The position numbers and the translations under genes are program-made. Positions 31,554-41,275 of a stretch of 64,000 nt of DNA are shown piece after piece (position 1 is the stretch's first letter; each line of letters starts with the position of its first letter). The notes under the pieces were generated by a model, which was given only the letters and a program-made list of their open reading frames with translations, was not told the DNA's origin and did no database searches. Source of the stretch: a virus; IMG/VR virus record IMGVR_UViG_3300025674_000030, positions 8,647 through 72,646 of that record; one strand, written 5' to 3'.

Positions 31554-32573
31554 ATGGCTTTTTTGGACAATAGCGGTGACATTATCTTAGATGCTGTGCT
31601 AACAGATCTTGGAAGAAAGAGAATGGCGGAAGGTGATTTCAGAATCACCCAGTTTGCTCTCGGTGACGACGAGATTGATTATTCTCTCTATGACGCCAAC
31701 CATCCCTCTGGTTCTGCCTACTTCGACTTGGAGATACTCCAGACTCCAGTTTTTGAGGCATTTACAAGAGGCAATGCCAACATCAATTATGGTTTGTTAA
31801 CTTTTGACGGAAATGCTGACATACTCTATCTTCCATCAATGGCTATTAATGAATCAACTCTAACAAGCGCCAAAAGGCTCTACAACAACGTGATTTATTT
31901 GGCTGTGAATCAGCAAACTCGCGATGCCTTAGTTGACGCTGCCGCAATAGGAAACACAGAGCAAGTTGTGCTGGAGGGCGGCAATGAGCATGTGTTATTT
32001 GAAACAGGTCTTAATACAGCCAACAATGATCCAGCAGGAACGGCAAAGGGTAGAACAGATTACATAGTTAATACTGGCCTCTTGGATAGTACAATGACTC
32101 TTACTGCTGATGCGAGATTTTTGTCCGCTGTATATGCAGTCGAAGAGGGATCAACTTTCTCTTACCCTGCGGGCGCTTCAGCTTTTAATGTCACCATCAA
32201 TCTGAAGGGGCAACCAACTCCACCCACTGCTGGCGCTACTGGCGTGGTTGGTAGAAGAGTTTATACAATTCCCACCATCAGCAACTTGGTTGAAGATCAG
32301 GATGTGGGCGGAACTACTCAGGCAACAGATATTTCAAGCATTAATGGCCCACGCGGTGTAGCGACAGCTATGGGATTCTCAGTTTCTCCTGAGCTACGAA
32401 GAGACAAGAACTCAGCAGCGCCTGCGAAGTTTTCTTTACACGGTAAGATTTCTCAAGACCTGTTTGGTGATAGTAAGACATATGATTACATTGATACTGT
32501 AATCTACCTAAATGGAAACACCTCGGGTGCAAATATACAAACAATCATTAGAATAATCAGACAGGCAAGCTAA
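31554..32573 (+). CDS. Virion structural protein (baseplate/tail-associated)
   Basis: MAFLDNSGDIILDAVLTDLGR..FRITQFALGDDEIDY, similar to the N-terminal anchor of tail-fibre/baseplate proteins. Confidence 0.65.
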   Translation: MAFLDNSGDIILDAVLTDLGRKRMAEGDFRITQFALGDDEIDYSLYDANHPSGSAYFDLEILQTPVFEAFTRGNANINYGLLTFDGNADILYLPSMAINESTLTSAKRLYNNVIYLAVNQQTRDALVDAAAIGNTEQVVLEGGNEHVLFETGLNTANNDPAGTAKGRTDYIVNTGLLDSTMTLTADARFLSAVYAVEEGSTFSYPAGASAFNVTINLKGQPTPPTAGATGVVGRRVYTIPTISNLVEDQDVGGTTQATDISSINGPRGVATAMGFSVSPELRRDKNSAAPAKFSLHGKISQDLFGDSKTYDYIDTVIYLNGNTSGANIQTIIRIIRQAS

Positions 32574-32590
32574 GCTAACGGAGTCAATAA

Positions 32591-33631
32591 ATGCCAGTAC
32601 AGTACGAACCTTTTAACACATCACAAGATGTAACTACAACCAAGACATTACTACACGAAGTGATTCCAATCACGGGCTCAATTGTTAGTGGTACCTATGG
32701 CGTAGGCAATATCAAGGACTACGCCCATGGTATGTTTCAGTCTGTTTATGACTACCCCTACCTAAGTTCTTCGGCTAACCACATCTTTGATATCACTGTT
32801 GGTTATGATGAATCTTCTGGCTTAAGCGGCTCCGGTACTCAAAACGCAAAGAAGATAAATCTCTACAATCAGTACGCTCAGGTTCTTCTCGGATACACCG
32901 GCTCTACTGCCGATGGTGTTCGTAAGTTTGAGAACGACTTGACTCTAGACGGTACTGGCTCAATGAAGGAAGTTTTCTTCATTAACTTCTCTCGCCTTAT
33001 TACAAAAGACCAAATCAAGAAGGGCTCCTTTTCGTTAAGTCTAGGGACTGGCTCTGCATATGCATCCCCGTTTGCTGGTGATCAGTTGGTGTTACAAGAT
33101 CACGAAGCTACCGAAACCAGCGGCTTTTCATCGCAAAATCCCGGTGGTGATTATGGTGTTCTTTATACAAGTTCTGTTGGAATCAACAGCGACTCTGGCG
33201 TTGGTAACATTTTTTATCAAGCAGGTATCGCGGTTATTACCGCCTCTGTATTTGCTCCTACTGTCGAAATGAATGCAGCCGGCGAAGATATAGATGCAGT
33301 TCTTACTGGTTCTGCAATTTCCGGCGCTTGTGACGCACTTAGGCACCGCACCTTTAACCTTAGCTTCAACAACACTACGGAGATTAACTCCAAGATTTAC
33401 TTCTGTCGCGTACCTCACAACAAATTCAACTACAGTGCCAACCCAACATATCTTTCTGGCGCTTCGATTAGGGTTAAGAATGAGGACGAGACTGCAAATC
33501 CAGTGTCCTACATCACCACTGTTGGGCTTTACTCCTCTACAGGCGAACTACTTGCGACCGCAAAGCTCTCTGAGCCACTTCGCAAGGATCCAACTAACGA
33601 GCTAACACTTCGCGTCCGTCTCGACTACTAG
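32591..33631 (+). CDS. Virion structural protein
   Basis: C-terminal YITTVGLYSSTGELLATAKLSEPLRK...LRVRLDY, similar to the fibre-anchor fold; paralog of the next gene. Confidence 0.65.
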   Translation: MPVQYEPFNTSQDVTTTKTLLHEVIPITGSIVSGTYGVGNIKDYAHGMFQSVYDYPYLSSSANHIFDITVGYDESSGLSGSGTQNAKKINLYNQYAQVLLGYTGSTADGVRKFENDLTLDGTGSMKEVFFINFSRLITKDQIKKGSFSLSLGTGSAYASPFAGDQLVLQDHEATETSGFSSQNPGGDYGVLYTSSVGINSDSGVGNIFYQAGIAVITASVFAPTVEMNAAGEDIDAVLTGSAISGACDALRHRTFNLSFNNTTEINSKIYFCRVPHNKFNYSANPTYLSGASIRVKNEDETANPVSYITTVGLYSSTGELLATAKLSEPLRKDPTNELTLRVRLDY

Positions 33632-33640
33632 GAGGTTAAG

Positions 33641-34867
33641 ATGCCTTTTAGGAAGTTTGGAGATACAGACCTCATAAGAAACACAGTTATTTCTTATCCA
33701 AAGGTAAACTTTTTCATCTATGATGGAAATGTTTACCACAATCACCGTCCCGATCAAGATGGGCAGTTTGACAAAGTTTATTCTTCTGAGGCAGGCTCAA
33801 TAAACCTCTATGAGTACAACATAGATAAGTTGTCTGGAAGTAACGACTTTATCTATCCATACATTACAAAACAATCTGCTGGAGCCACGTTCAAGACAGT
33901 TGGCAAAGTTTCGTATTCAAACGAGTTTATTTATGGTGATAGGGTCACTGGTAGTTATCCACTAACGGCCAGCATCTCTAGAGAATATATGACAAACCCA
34001 AGTGCAAGAAATACGGGCACCGACCCAAGCACTGGTGCCACATTCCCAACAAGCCCCCAGCACCCACACTTTTATGCACTAAAGAACAGGCTAAACTATC
34101 TTGGACAAATAAGTCCTCATTATCTTGTATCCTCTTCTTTCGGAAATAAAAACAACCAGACAATCAATTTAATATCGATCCCATCCATTGCATATGGTTC
34201 ACAGATTAACCCCGGCTCGGTTTCTCTCAAATGGTATCTCACTGGTTCTTTGATTGGAGAACTCAGAGACGAGAAGCAAAACGGTGAACTAATACAAATT
34301 GGTCCAGAAGGTTCTACTGGCTCAGGTTCTGTTGCCGGCGTCGTTCTATATGATGAGGGGTTCCTACTGCTCACAGGCTCTTGGGATCTTAGTACAGAAC
34401 AGATTGGGCTAACTGACGGCGGTTCTATCACTGAGCCACAATGGATCTACTATGGCGCAGGGGCCAAAGATGGAGTAACGCAAGCAAGCGCACCACCGGG
34501 CTACATTTCTGCTTCTTTTGATATGTCGTTTGAAGGGCACACAGAAACCCAAGTCTTGACCATGTTCGCACATGCTGCTCGCGGAGAAGCCAACTTTTCA
34601 AATAATCCAACCTATATTGAGCACGGGCAAACAAAAGTGCTGCTTAGTTCGTCCGCTGTGTTTGAAGAAAATCCAGAAAGAACGATTAAAAACACCGTCT
34701 CATCTAGCTTTGATGGCTATGAAGCACCTTTTAAGAGACAAGTATACATTTCAAGAATTGGGGTGTATGATGAAAACAAGAATCTTATAGGTGTTGCCAC
34801 TTTATCAAGCCCTGTTCTTAAGGAAGAAACGCAAGACCTGTCTTTTAAGATAAAGTTGGATATATGA
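33641..34867 (+). CDS. Virion structural protein
   Basis: C-terminal YISRIGVYDENKNLIGVATLSSPVLK...FKIKLDI; strong GGAGG SD. Confidence 0.65.
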   Translation: MPFRKFGDTDLIRNTVISYPKVNFFIYDGNVYHNHRPDQDGQFDKVYSSEAGSINLYEYNIDKLSGSNDFIYPYITKQSAGATFKTVGKVSYSNEFIYGDRVTGSYPLTASISREYMTNPSARNTGTDPSTGATFPTSPQHPHFYALKNRLNYLGQISPHYLVSSSFGNKNNQTINLISIPSIAYGSQINPGSVSLKWYLTGSLIGELRDEKQNGELIQIGPEGSTGSGSVAGVVLYDEGFLLLTGSWDLSTEQIGLTDGGSITEPQWIYYGAGAKDGVTQASAPPGYISASFDMSFEGHTETQVLTMFAHAARGEANFSNNPTYIEHGQTKVLLSSSAVFEENPERTIKNTVSSSFDGYEAPFKRQVYISRIGVYDENKNLIGVATLSSPVLKEETQDLSFKIKLDI

Positions 34868-35403
34868 TTTTAGGTATTGATGTTTCAACAAGCATTACGG
34901 GGTTTGCTATAGTAGACAAAAAGGGTAAGATAGTCCTTTCTGAAGCCTGTGACCTTCGCAGAGACAAGACATTTTTTTCTAAGTGTCTCACAATAAGAGC
35001 AAAAATTTTAGATATTCTGGAGGCTCATGGGGGCAAAATCGAGCATATTTATATCGAGCAGCCCTTCACGTTCTTTAACTCTGGGGGCTCATCTGGTAAG
35101 ACCATGGCCGCCCTGCAAAGATTTAATGGCGTAGTTTCATGGATGTCTTACGAATGCTTTGAGATACAGCCAGAATACCTTGGGGCAACTCAGGCTCGCA
35201 AGCTCGTAGGGATTAAAGTTCCTCGTGGCGAAAAGGCAAAAAAGATTGTTATGGAGCATCTGCTTGCGAATGACCCCGACTTCACCATTCAGTATACAAA
35301 CAAGGGTAACCCCAAGCCACAAGAGTACGATAGAGCAGATGCACTCGTTGTTGCAAGAGCGGGGCTGCAAGATATCTGGAACAAGAAGCTTGCTGAAGAA
35401 TGA
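34864..35403 (+). CDS. ruvC: RuvC-like Holliday junction resolvase
   Basis: MILGIDVSTSITGFA, IYIEQP, DRADALVVA catalytic motifs. Confidence 0.85.
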   Translation: MILGIDVSTSITGFAIVDKKGKIVLSEACDLRRDKTFFSKCLTIRAKILDILEAHGGKIEHIYIEQPFTFFNSGGSSGKTMAALQRFNGVVSWMSYECFEIQPEYLGATQARKLVGIKVPRGEKAKKIVMEHLLANDPDFTIQYTNKGNPKPQEYDRADALVVARAGLQDIWNKKLAEE

Positions 35404-35418
35404 TCATCGTGTTATCTT
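35390..35418 (+). promoter_or_regulatory. Sigma70-type promoter, probably giving a leaderless primase mRNA
   Basis: TTGCTG-17nt-TATCTT with TG extension; primase ATG is 7 nt downstream of the -10; no SD. Confidence 0.5.
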
Positions 35419-35424
35419 ACGTTC

Positions 35425-36363
35425 ATGAACAAGGCAGCAGCAAAGAAGATTCTGTATGAAACGCTTGGGGCAAGTTGGGACAGGGGCTCGGAACTCCTTT
35501 TCAAGTGCCCTTCGTGCAATCATCATAAGCGTAAATTCTCAGTTAACTTGGACAAAAATGTTTATAAGTGCTGGATTTGCGATTATTATGGTCGTAATAT
35601 TAGGCGTGTTATTAGACGGTTTGGTTCGTATGTGCAACTACAGAAATGGGACCAGATTACAGACAGAACAGATATTTCGAGATTTTCTGAGCTTTTTATG
35701 GACGAACAGTCTGGAGAGAGCGAAGCAAAACTTGAACTCCCGTCAGAATTTGTAAGTCTTGCCAACAAGAACCTGCCCCTATCTGCCAATCGCGCCTTAC
35801 GTTATCTTAAAGAACGTAAAGTCACCAGAGAACAGATTGTTCGCTGGAAGATGGGTTTCTGCTACGATGGAGAATATAGCGGCAGAATTATTGTGCCATC
35901 GTTTGGGACCTCTGGTTACCCGAACTATTTCATTGCGCGCTCATATGTTGGGCATGGCATGAAGTATAAGAACCCACGTTCATCGAAAAACGTCGTGTTC
36001 AATGAGCTATTTACTAACTGGAACGACGACTTGATTATTGTTGAAGGAGTATTTGATGCAATTAACGCAGGAAACGCTGTGCCTATCTTGGGGTCTACGC
36101 TACGCACAGACTCCGACCTATTACGAAAGATTGTACGAAATGACACCCCGTGCTACATCGCCCTCGATCCTGACGCGGCTGATAAAGAGCGCCGCATCAT
36201 TCAAACGCTTTTGCGCTACGATGTGGAACTCTATAAGATCGATGTAACAGGCTACGAAGACGTTGGTGCCATGCCACAGAGTGTATTTAAGCAGCGCAAA
36301 GCTGACGCATCTCTTATCGATAGAGATAACTATTTGCTATTAGACATGCTGTCTGCAATATAG
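35425..36363 (+). CDS. DNA primase (zinc finger + TOPRIM)
   Basis: CPSC...CWIC zinc finger, GRIIVP, KYKNP, IIVEGVFDA, ALDPDA. Confidence 0.92.
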   Translation: MNKAAAKKILYETLGASWDRGSELLFKCPSCNHHKRKFSVNLDKNVYKCWICDYYGRNIRRVIRRFGSYVQLQKWDQITDRTDISRFSELFMDEQSGESEAKLELPSEFVSLANKNLPLSANRALRYLKERKVTREQIVRWKMGFCYDGEYSGRIIVPSFGTSGYPNYFIARSYVGHGMKYKNPRSSKNVVFNELFTNWNDDLIIVEGVFDAINAGNAVPILGSTLRTDSDLLRKIVRNDTPCYIALDPDAADKERRIIQTLLRYDVELYKIDVTGYEDVGAMPQSVFKQRKADASLIDRDNYLLLDMLSAI

Positions 36364-36370
36364 CTAATAC

Positions 36371-36399
36371 TTGACATGTCTTCTTGGGCGTGCTATAAT
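36371..36399 (+). promoter_or_regulatory. Consensus sigma70 promoter
   Basis: TTGACA (36371-36376), 17-nt spacer, TGc, TATAAT (36394-36399), then GGAGG SD. Confidence 0.9.
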
Positions 36400-36416
36400 A
36401 GTTTTTGGAGGTAGTA

Positions 36417-36596
36417 ATGAGAGAGTTGCTAGACGATAATCCCGTCTATTTTATTTGCTTAGCTTTAGGGGTTTATATCCCGACAGCCCTGATTTTTATT
36501 TCGGTTGTGAATCTTTTTGAAGAGGCTGAAGAAAAACCACAACCGATAGTTGAAAACTTATATGTTTCAGATGTTTGTGAACAGGAGATTAAATGA
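36417..36596 (+). CDS. Small membrane protein
   Basis: ATG 5 nt after GGAGG; one hydrophobic helix. Confidence 0.65.
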   Translation: MRELLDDNPVYFICLALGVYIPTALIFISVVNLFEEAEEKPQPIVENLYVSDVCEQEIK

Positions 36597-39500
36597 AGAT
36601 CGCCCATATTGCTGATACTCACATCAAAAACTTGAAGTATCATGAAGACTATCGCACTTGCTTTGAGCAAATGTACCAGATCTTGCGCGAGCAGAAAGTA
36701 GACTATATCGTTCATTGCGGCGATATTGCCCATACAAAAACCCAGATCTCTCCAGAGTTTGTTGAGATGGCTACCGATTTGTTTAACAATCTTTCTGGGA
36801 TTGCTAAAACCTATGTCATTCTTGGCAACCATGATGGGAATCTAAAGAACAGCAACAGACAAGATGCTATTACGCCTATTGTGCAAGCTATCGACAATGA
36901 TGACTTAATTCTTTTGAAAAAGGCAGGCGAAATAGAAATTGAGCCCGGTGCGACTATTAATGTATTGTCTGTCTTTGATCGTGATAACTGGACTCAGCCA
37001 ACCGATGTGGACAAGATTAACATTGCCCTATATCATGGTGCGATTTCAAATTGTCAAACAGATGCTGGCTGGACTATGGAGTTTGGCGAAGATGAGCTTT
37101 CTATTTTTGATAAGTTCGATTTTGCCATGCTTGGGGACATTCACAAGCGACAGTTCCTTGATGATGCTGGTCGTGTATACTACGCAGGCTCAACAATTCA
37201 GCAAAACCATGGAGAGAGTAACGACAAGGGTTTCTCTGTTTGGACAATCAACTCGAAAAATGATTGGAATGTAGAGCATTTTACACTAGAAAACCCGCGT
37301 CCTTTTGTTACAGTCGAGTTAACCTCTACGGGAAAGTTGCCACGTAACACCAAGATTCCAACAGGGGCTAGACTTCGCATTGTAAGTGACAACAACCTGC
37401 CACTTGATGTGATGCGCAAAGCGGTTGGTGTCGCTCGTCATAAGTTTAAGCCAGAATCGATTTCTTTTCTTAATCGAGCAGCAGGTCAACGTGGTAACGT
37501 AGAGGAAATCTCCGATGGTCTTGGCGCAGCGAACCTGCGTGATCCAGAGATTCAACAAGAATTGATATCTGAGTACCTCAAGGATTACCAAGTTAAGTCT
37601 GATGTTATGGCCAAGATTTACAGACTGAATGCAACTTATAACGAAAAGGTTGAAGCCAATGAGGATATTACCAGAAACGTCAACTGGAAGCTAACAAAGT
37701 TTGAGTGGTCGAACTTGTTTAACTATGGTGAAAACAATTCTGTCGATTTCAACAACATCAATGGCATTACGGGAATCTTTGGTAAAAACTTTTCTGGTAA
37801 ATCATCAATCATTGATTCCATTTTGTTTACAATATTCAATACAACAAGCAAGAACGAGCGCAAAAATGTTAACGTTGTAAACCAAAACCGCAACTGGGGT
37901 GAAGGAAAAGCAACGATCAAAATCGGACAAAAGACATACACCATTCATCGTAAGGTTGAAAAGTATGAAAAGAAGTCAAAGGGTCAGATTACCACTGAAG
38001 CGAAAACTCATCTTGATTTTTCCGTCTATGACGCTATATTGGACGAAACAACTTCTCTAAATGGAACAACGCGCAACCAGACTGATGCCAATATTCGCAA
38101 GCAGCTTGGTACGATAGAAGATTTTCTTATCTCCTCTATGTCTTCTCAGCATGGAGCACTTGCGTTTATCAACGAAGGCTCTACCAAGCGTAAGGAAATT
38201 ATTGCAAAGTTTCTTGATTTGGAGTTTTTTGACAAGAAGTTTAAGTTTGCAAAAGATGAAGCACAAGACTCTAAGTCTCTAATCAAAAAACTACAAGGTC
38301 GTGATTATGATAAGGAGTTAAAGGAAGCAAAAGCTCTCTTGGCATCACACAAAGACGAGATAACAAAGGTCGAGACTAAAGAGAAAAATCTACAGTCAAA
38401 GCTGAAGTTTGCCCGTAACAAAGAACTTGAGTTATCACTTACTATCTCTAGTGCCCCAACAGAGGTAATCGATGTTCAGGTAATCCAATCTGAGACAAAA
38501 AAGACAAGAAATAAGATAATTTCTTTGTCTGATTCTATCATTGATGATGGTAACGCACTACATAGTGAAAGAGAGCGACTAAAAAAGATTAGCGATCTTA
38601 TCCATACTTTGGATTATGATAGGCTTTCTGGCTCTCTCGTATCCATCGAGGAAGCAGAACAGCTTCTAAAAGAGCAGACGCAAAAGTTAGAGGTAGCGAC
38701 AGAGAAGAAGAAGTTATTAGAAGATATTCCTTGTGGAACAAACTACCCTACTTGTAAGTTTATCCGTGACGCCCATGTTGCCACAGCAGTTATTCCAGAA
38801 ATGGAAAGCGATATTGATAAGCTACAGACTACTCTATCTGGCTTAAATCCAGAATTGGTTAGAGACCATCTAGACAAGTATCGAAAGCTTGAAAAAAAGC
38901 AAGTCGAAACGACAAATCTTATTAAGGATTTGCAGTTGGGTATTGAGAGAAAGAGGTCCGCGCTCGAAAGGCTGAACAACACCATTGAAGGTCTTGCGGA
39001 CAAGCAAAATTTGTATGAAGAAAACAAAGAGGCTATCGAGAACTTAGAAAAACTAATAAAGGAGAAAGAACTATATGCCCATCAATCCAAGTCCCTTGAG
39101 GAACAAGTTGAGCGAGCTTCGCAAGAAAAGATTAATCTTTACAAGCTCATCGGCTCAGAAGAACAACGAATCGAAAGCATCAAAGAACAGCAAGTAGAAT
39201 TCCAAAAAATTGAATCAGAGTATTCAGCGTATGATTTATTCTTGCGCTGTATGCACCCCAATGGTATTGCTTATGATATTATTAAGCAAAAGCTGCCAAT
39301 CATCAACGAAGAGATCGCAAAGATTCTATCAAATGTGGTAGACTTTGAGATCTTCTTTGAGACATCTGGCAATAAGTTTGATATTTTTATTAAGCACTCT
39401 AAGCACGAAGCACGCCCAATTGAAATGGCTTCTGGGGCAGAGAAGACTATGGCTGCTATGGCTATTCGCCTTGCGCTACTATCCGTCTCTTCATTGCCCA

Positions 39501-39700
39501 AGAGCGATCTATTTATTTTGGACGAGCCCGGCACTGCTTTGGACGAAGAGAATATGGCTGGATTTATTCGGATCTTGGAACTAATTAAGGTGTATTTCAA
39601 GAACGTCTTGCTGATTTCTCACCTTGATTCTCTCAAGGATTGCGTAGATATGCAGATTGTGATTGAGAAAGAAGCAGGTTTTGCAAAGGTAAATCAATGA
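36593..39700 (+). CDS. Fused Mre11/SbcD nuclease - Rad50/SbcC SMC ATPase (gp47-gp46 equivalent)
   Basis: ADTH, GD, GNHD, HG, GDIH phosphoesterase motifs; Walker A GKNFSGKS, coiled coil, SGAE signature, LFILDEP Walker B, ISH. Confidence 0.93.
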   Translation: MKIAHIADTHIKNLKYHEDYRTCFEQMYQILREQKVDYIVHCGDIAHTKTQISPEFVEMATDLFNNLSGIAKTYVILGNHDGNLKNSNRQDAITPIVQAIDNDDLILLKKAGEIEIEPGATINVLSVFDRDNWTQPTDVDKINIALYHGAISNCQTDAGWTMEFGEDELSIFDKFDFAMLGDIHKRQFLDDAGRVYYAGSTIQQNHGESNDKGFSVWTINSKNDWNVEHFTLENPRPFVTVELTSTGKLPRNTKIPTGARLRIVSDNNLPLDVMRKAVGVARHKFKPESISFLNRAAGQRGNVEEISDGLGAANLRDPEIQQELISEYLKDYQVKSDVMAKIYRLNATYNEKVEANEDITRNVNWKLTKFEWSNLFNYGENNSVDFNNINGITGIFGKNFSGKSSIIDSILFTIFNTTSKNERKNVNVVNQNRNWGEGKATIKIGQKTYTIHRKVEKYEKKSKGQITTEAKTHLDFSVYDAILDETTSLNGTTRNQTDANIRKQLGTIEDFLISSMSSQHGALAFINEGSTKRKEIIAKFLDLEFFDKKFKFAKDEAQDSKSLIKKLQGRDYDKELKEAKALLASHKDEITKVETKEKNLQSKLKFARNKELELSLTISSAPTEVIDVQVIQSETKKTRNKIISLSDSIIDDGNALHSERERLKKISDLIHTLDYDRLSGSLVSIEEAEQLLKEQTQKLEVATEKKKLLEDIPCGTNYPTCKFIRDAHVATAVIPEMESDIDKLQTTLSGLNPELVRDHLDKYRKLEKKQVETTNLIKDLQLGIERKRSALERLNNTIEGLADKQNLYEENKEAIENLEKLIKEKELYAHQSKSLEEQVERASQEKINLYKLIGSEEQRIESIKEQQVEFQKIESEYSAYDLFLRCMHPNGIAYDIIKQKLPIINEEIAKILSNVVDFEIFFETSGNKFDIFIKHSKHEARPIEMASGAEKTMAAMAIRLALLSVSSLPKSDLFILDEPGTALDEENMAGFIRILELIKVYFKNVLLISHLDSLKDCVDMQIVIEKEAGFAKVNQ

Positions 39701-40827
39701 GTAATGAGTTCGATTTTCTGCCACCAGCAGAAGCACCCCCATCATTCAACCAAGAAAAAGACCACTTCCACGAAGAAGTAGAAGCGGAAGACTTTGGTAT
39801 GGTTGAGGACTTCGGATTACAGATGGAATACTCTGACGAAGATATGCTACCCGAGAACACAGCCCCATCATCTTTGAATGTGGGTTTTGTTGGTGTTGGT
39901 GGCGGCGGCAATAAGATGGTCAATGCTATGATTGAGTTGGGTTTCAACAAGACCCTGATGGTTAATAGCACCGGTAAGGACATACCGAAGAACGTAGAAG
40001 AAGAGCACGTCGTTCTTATTCCCGATAGCGATGGCATCGGCAAGAACATCGCCTACGGCAAAGAAATCCTAACACAGAACGGCGCTATTGTAGAAGACGC
40101 TCTGCGTATCAAGTTTGGTAAGGTTGATTGGTTGTTCGTGATGGCAGGTGGTGGTGGTGGCACTGGTTCGTCCGTAGTAGCACTACAGCCCGTCTTTGAG
40201 CGCTACCTACAATCTGTTCAGGCAAGCGGCAAGGTTGTCTACATTGTCTCTTGGCCAACAGCGCAAGAGAACCTAAACCCAACCATTGCCAAGAACGCCC
40301 TATCACTACTCAATGATGTAACTCCTTATCCACACATTGTTCTAGATAACGAGCGCTCTACACGCCTCCTGCGTGGTCGTATTGGTATGCTTGGAATGTA
40401 CCCAGTAGCCAACACCCAGTTTTCAAAGATCTTCGCGCAGATACTCAAGTTGTCTACCGAAGACTCTCCAATACAATCTTTTGACTCCAAGGACTTAGAG
40501 ACTTGCTTTGGCAAGGACGGTCGTGCCTTTATTGGTTCCACAATGATTAAGGATCCCAATACTGGTAAGTTGGGTACCACCATAATGCACAACTGTATGA
40601 ACCGCTCTGCTTGCCCACCACCCAAGGGCAAGGCCGCAGCAGGCTCTCTTATCCTTGTAGTCAGCGAAGAAATGGTTGCCGACCCTCGCGTATCTAAACA
40701 CCTTGAGTCTGCGATTGCTTATGTTGGCGGTCGCTGCGAGACACTTTTCTCTGGTGTTTATGTCAGAAAGAATGTTCCCGGACTGATTGCGATACTAAGT
40801 ATGAATGGGATCGAGAAAGGAAAGTAA
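39697..40827 (+). CDS. Tubulin/FtsZ-family GTPase
   Basis: GVGGGGNK, DGIGKN, AGGGGGTGS signature, VLDNE, T7-loop-like SFDSKD. Confidence 0.9.
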   Translation: MSNEFDFLPPAEAPPSFNQEKDHFHEEVEAEDFGMVEDFGLQMEYSDEDMLPENTAPSSLNVGFVGVGGGGNKMVNAMIELGFNKTLMVNSTGKDIPKNVEEEHVVLIPDSDGIGKNIAYGKEILTQNGAIVEDALRIKFGKVDWLFVMAGGGGGTGSSVVALQPVFERYLQSVQASGKVVYIVSWPTAQENLNPTIAKNALSLLNDVTPYPHIVLDNERSTRLLRGRIGMLGMYPVANTQFSKIFAQILKLSTEDSPIQSFDSKDLETCFGKDGRAFIGSTMIKDPNTGKLGTTIMHNCMNRSACPPPKGKAAAGSLILVVSEEMVADPRVSKHLESAIAYVGGRCETLFSGVYVRKNVPGLIAILSMNGIEKGK

Positions 40828-40831
40828 ATAA

Positions 40832-41275
40832 ATGAAAGTCACCAAGTCACAACTAAAACAGATTATCTTAGAAGAGCTTGAAGTTGTGCTCACTAATGAA
40901 GAAGTTGAAGAGATGTTTGGCGAGGAGGTTCGCAAAGAAGTGGAAGAAGGTCTTTTTGGTGGCGAACTTGATGTATCGATGAAAAAATCCCCTCAACGTG
41001 GCAAAGTTCATTCAAAAACTAGCCGAGAAGAGGAGCGGTTGCAAAGATTTCTTGACTCTGTAACAGCGAATATAGAAAACGAAAAGCAAAAAAGAAGCAT
41101 TACTAACAAAATAATAGCATTCTTGAATGCAGAAAAAGAACAACTAAAGAAAGATTTCATGATCCCAGAGCAGGAAAATAATCCTTGGGCTATTTGCACA
41201 GCTTCTGTGGGTCGCGAAGATAAAGAAAAATATGAAAAATGCGTTAAAAGCGTAAAAAGGAGAAACAAAAAATGA
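40832..41275 (+). CDS. Putative internal head protein (MKxTK leader family)
   Basis: MKVTKSQLKQIILEELE leader; C-terminal NPWAICTAS...KYEKCVKSVK module. Confidence 0.6.
   Translation: MKVTKSQLKQIILEELEVVLTNEEVEEMFGEEVRKEVEEGLFGGELDVSMKKSPQRGKVHSKTSREEERLQRFLDSVTANIENEKQKRSITNKIIAFLNAEKEQLKKDFMIPEQENNPWAICTASVGREDKEKYEKCVKSVKRRNKK

Noticed and set aside
39697-40827. Cellular ftsZ (host chromosome) or proof of a nucleus-forming phage
   Set aside because: No dcw-cluster neighbours or FtsZ C-terminal peptide; no chimallin or multisubunit RNAP recognisable in the window
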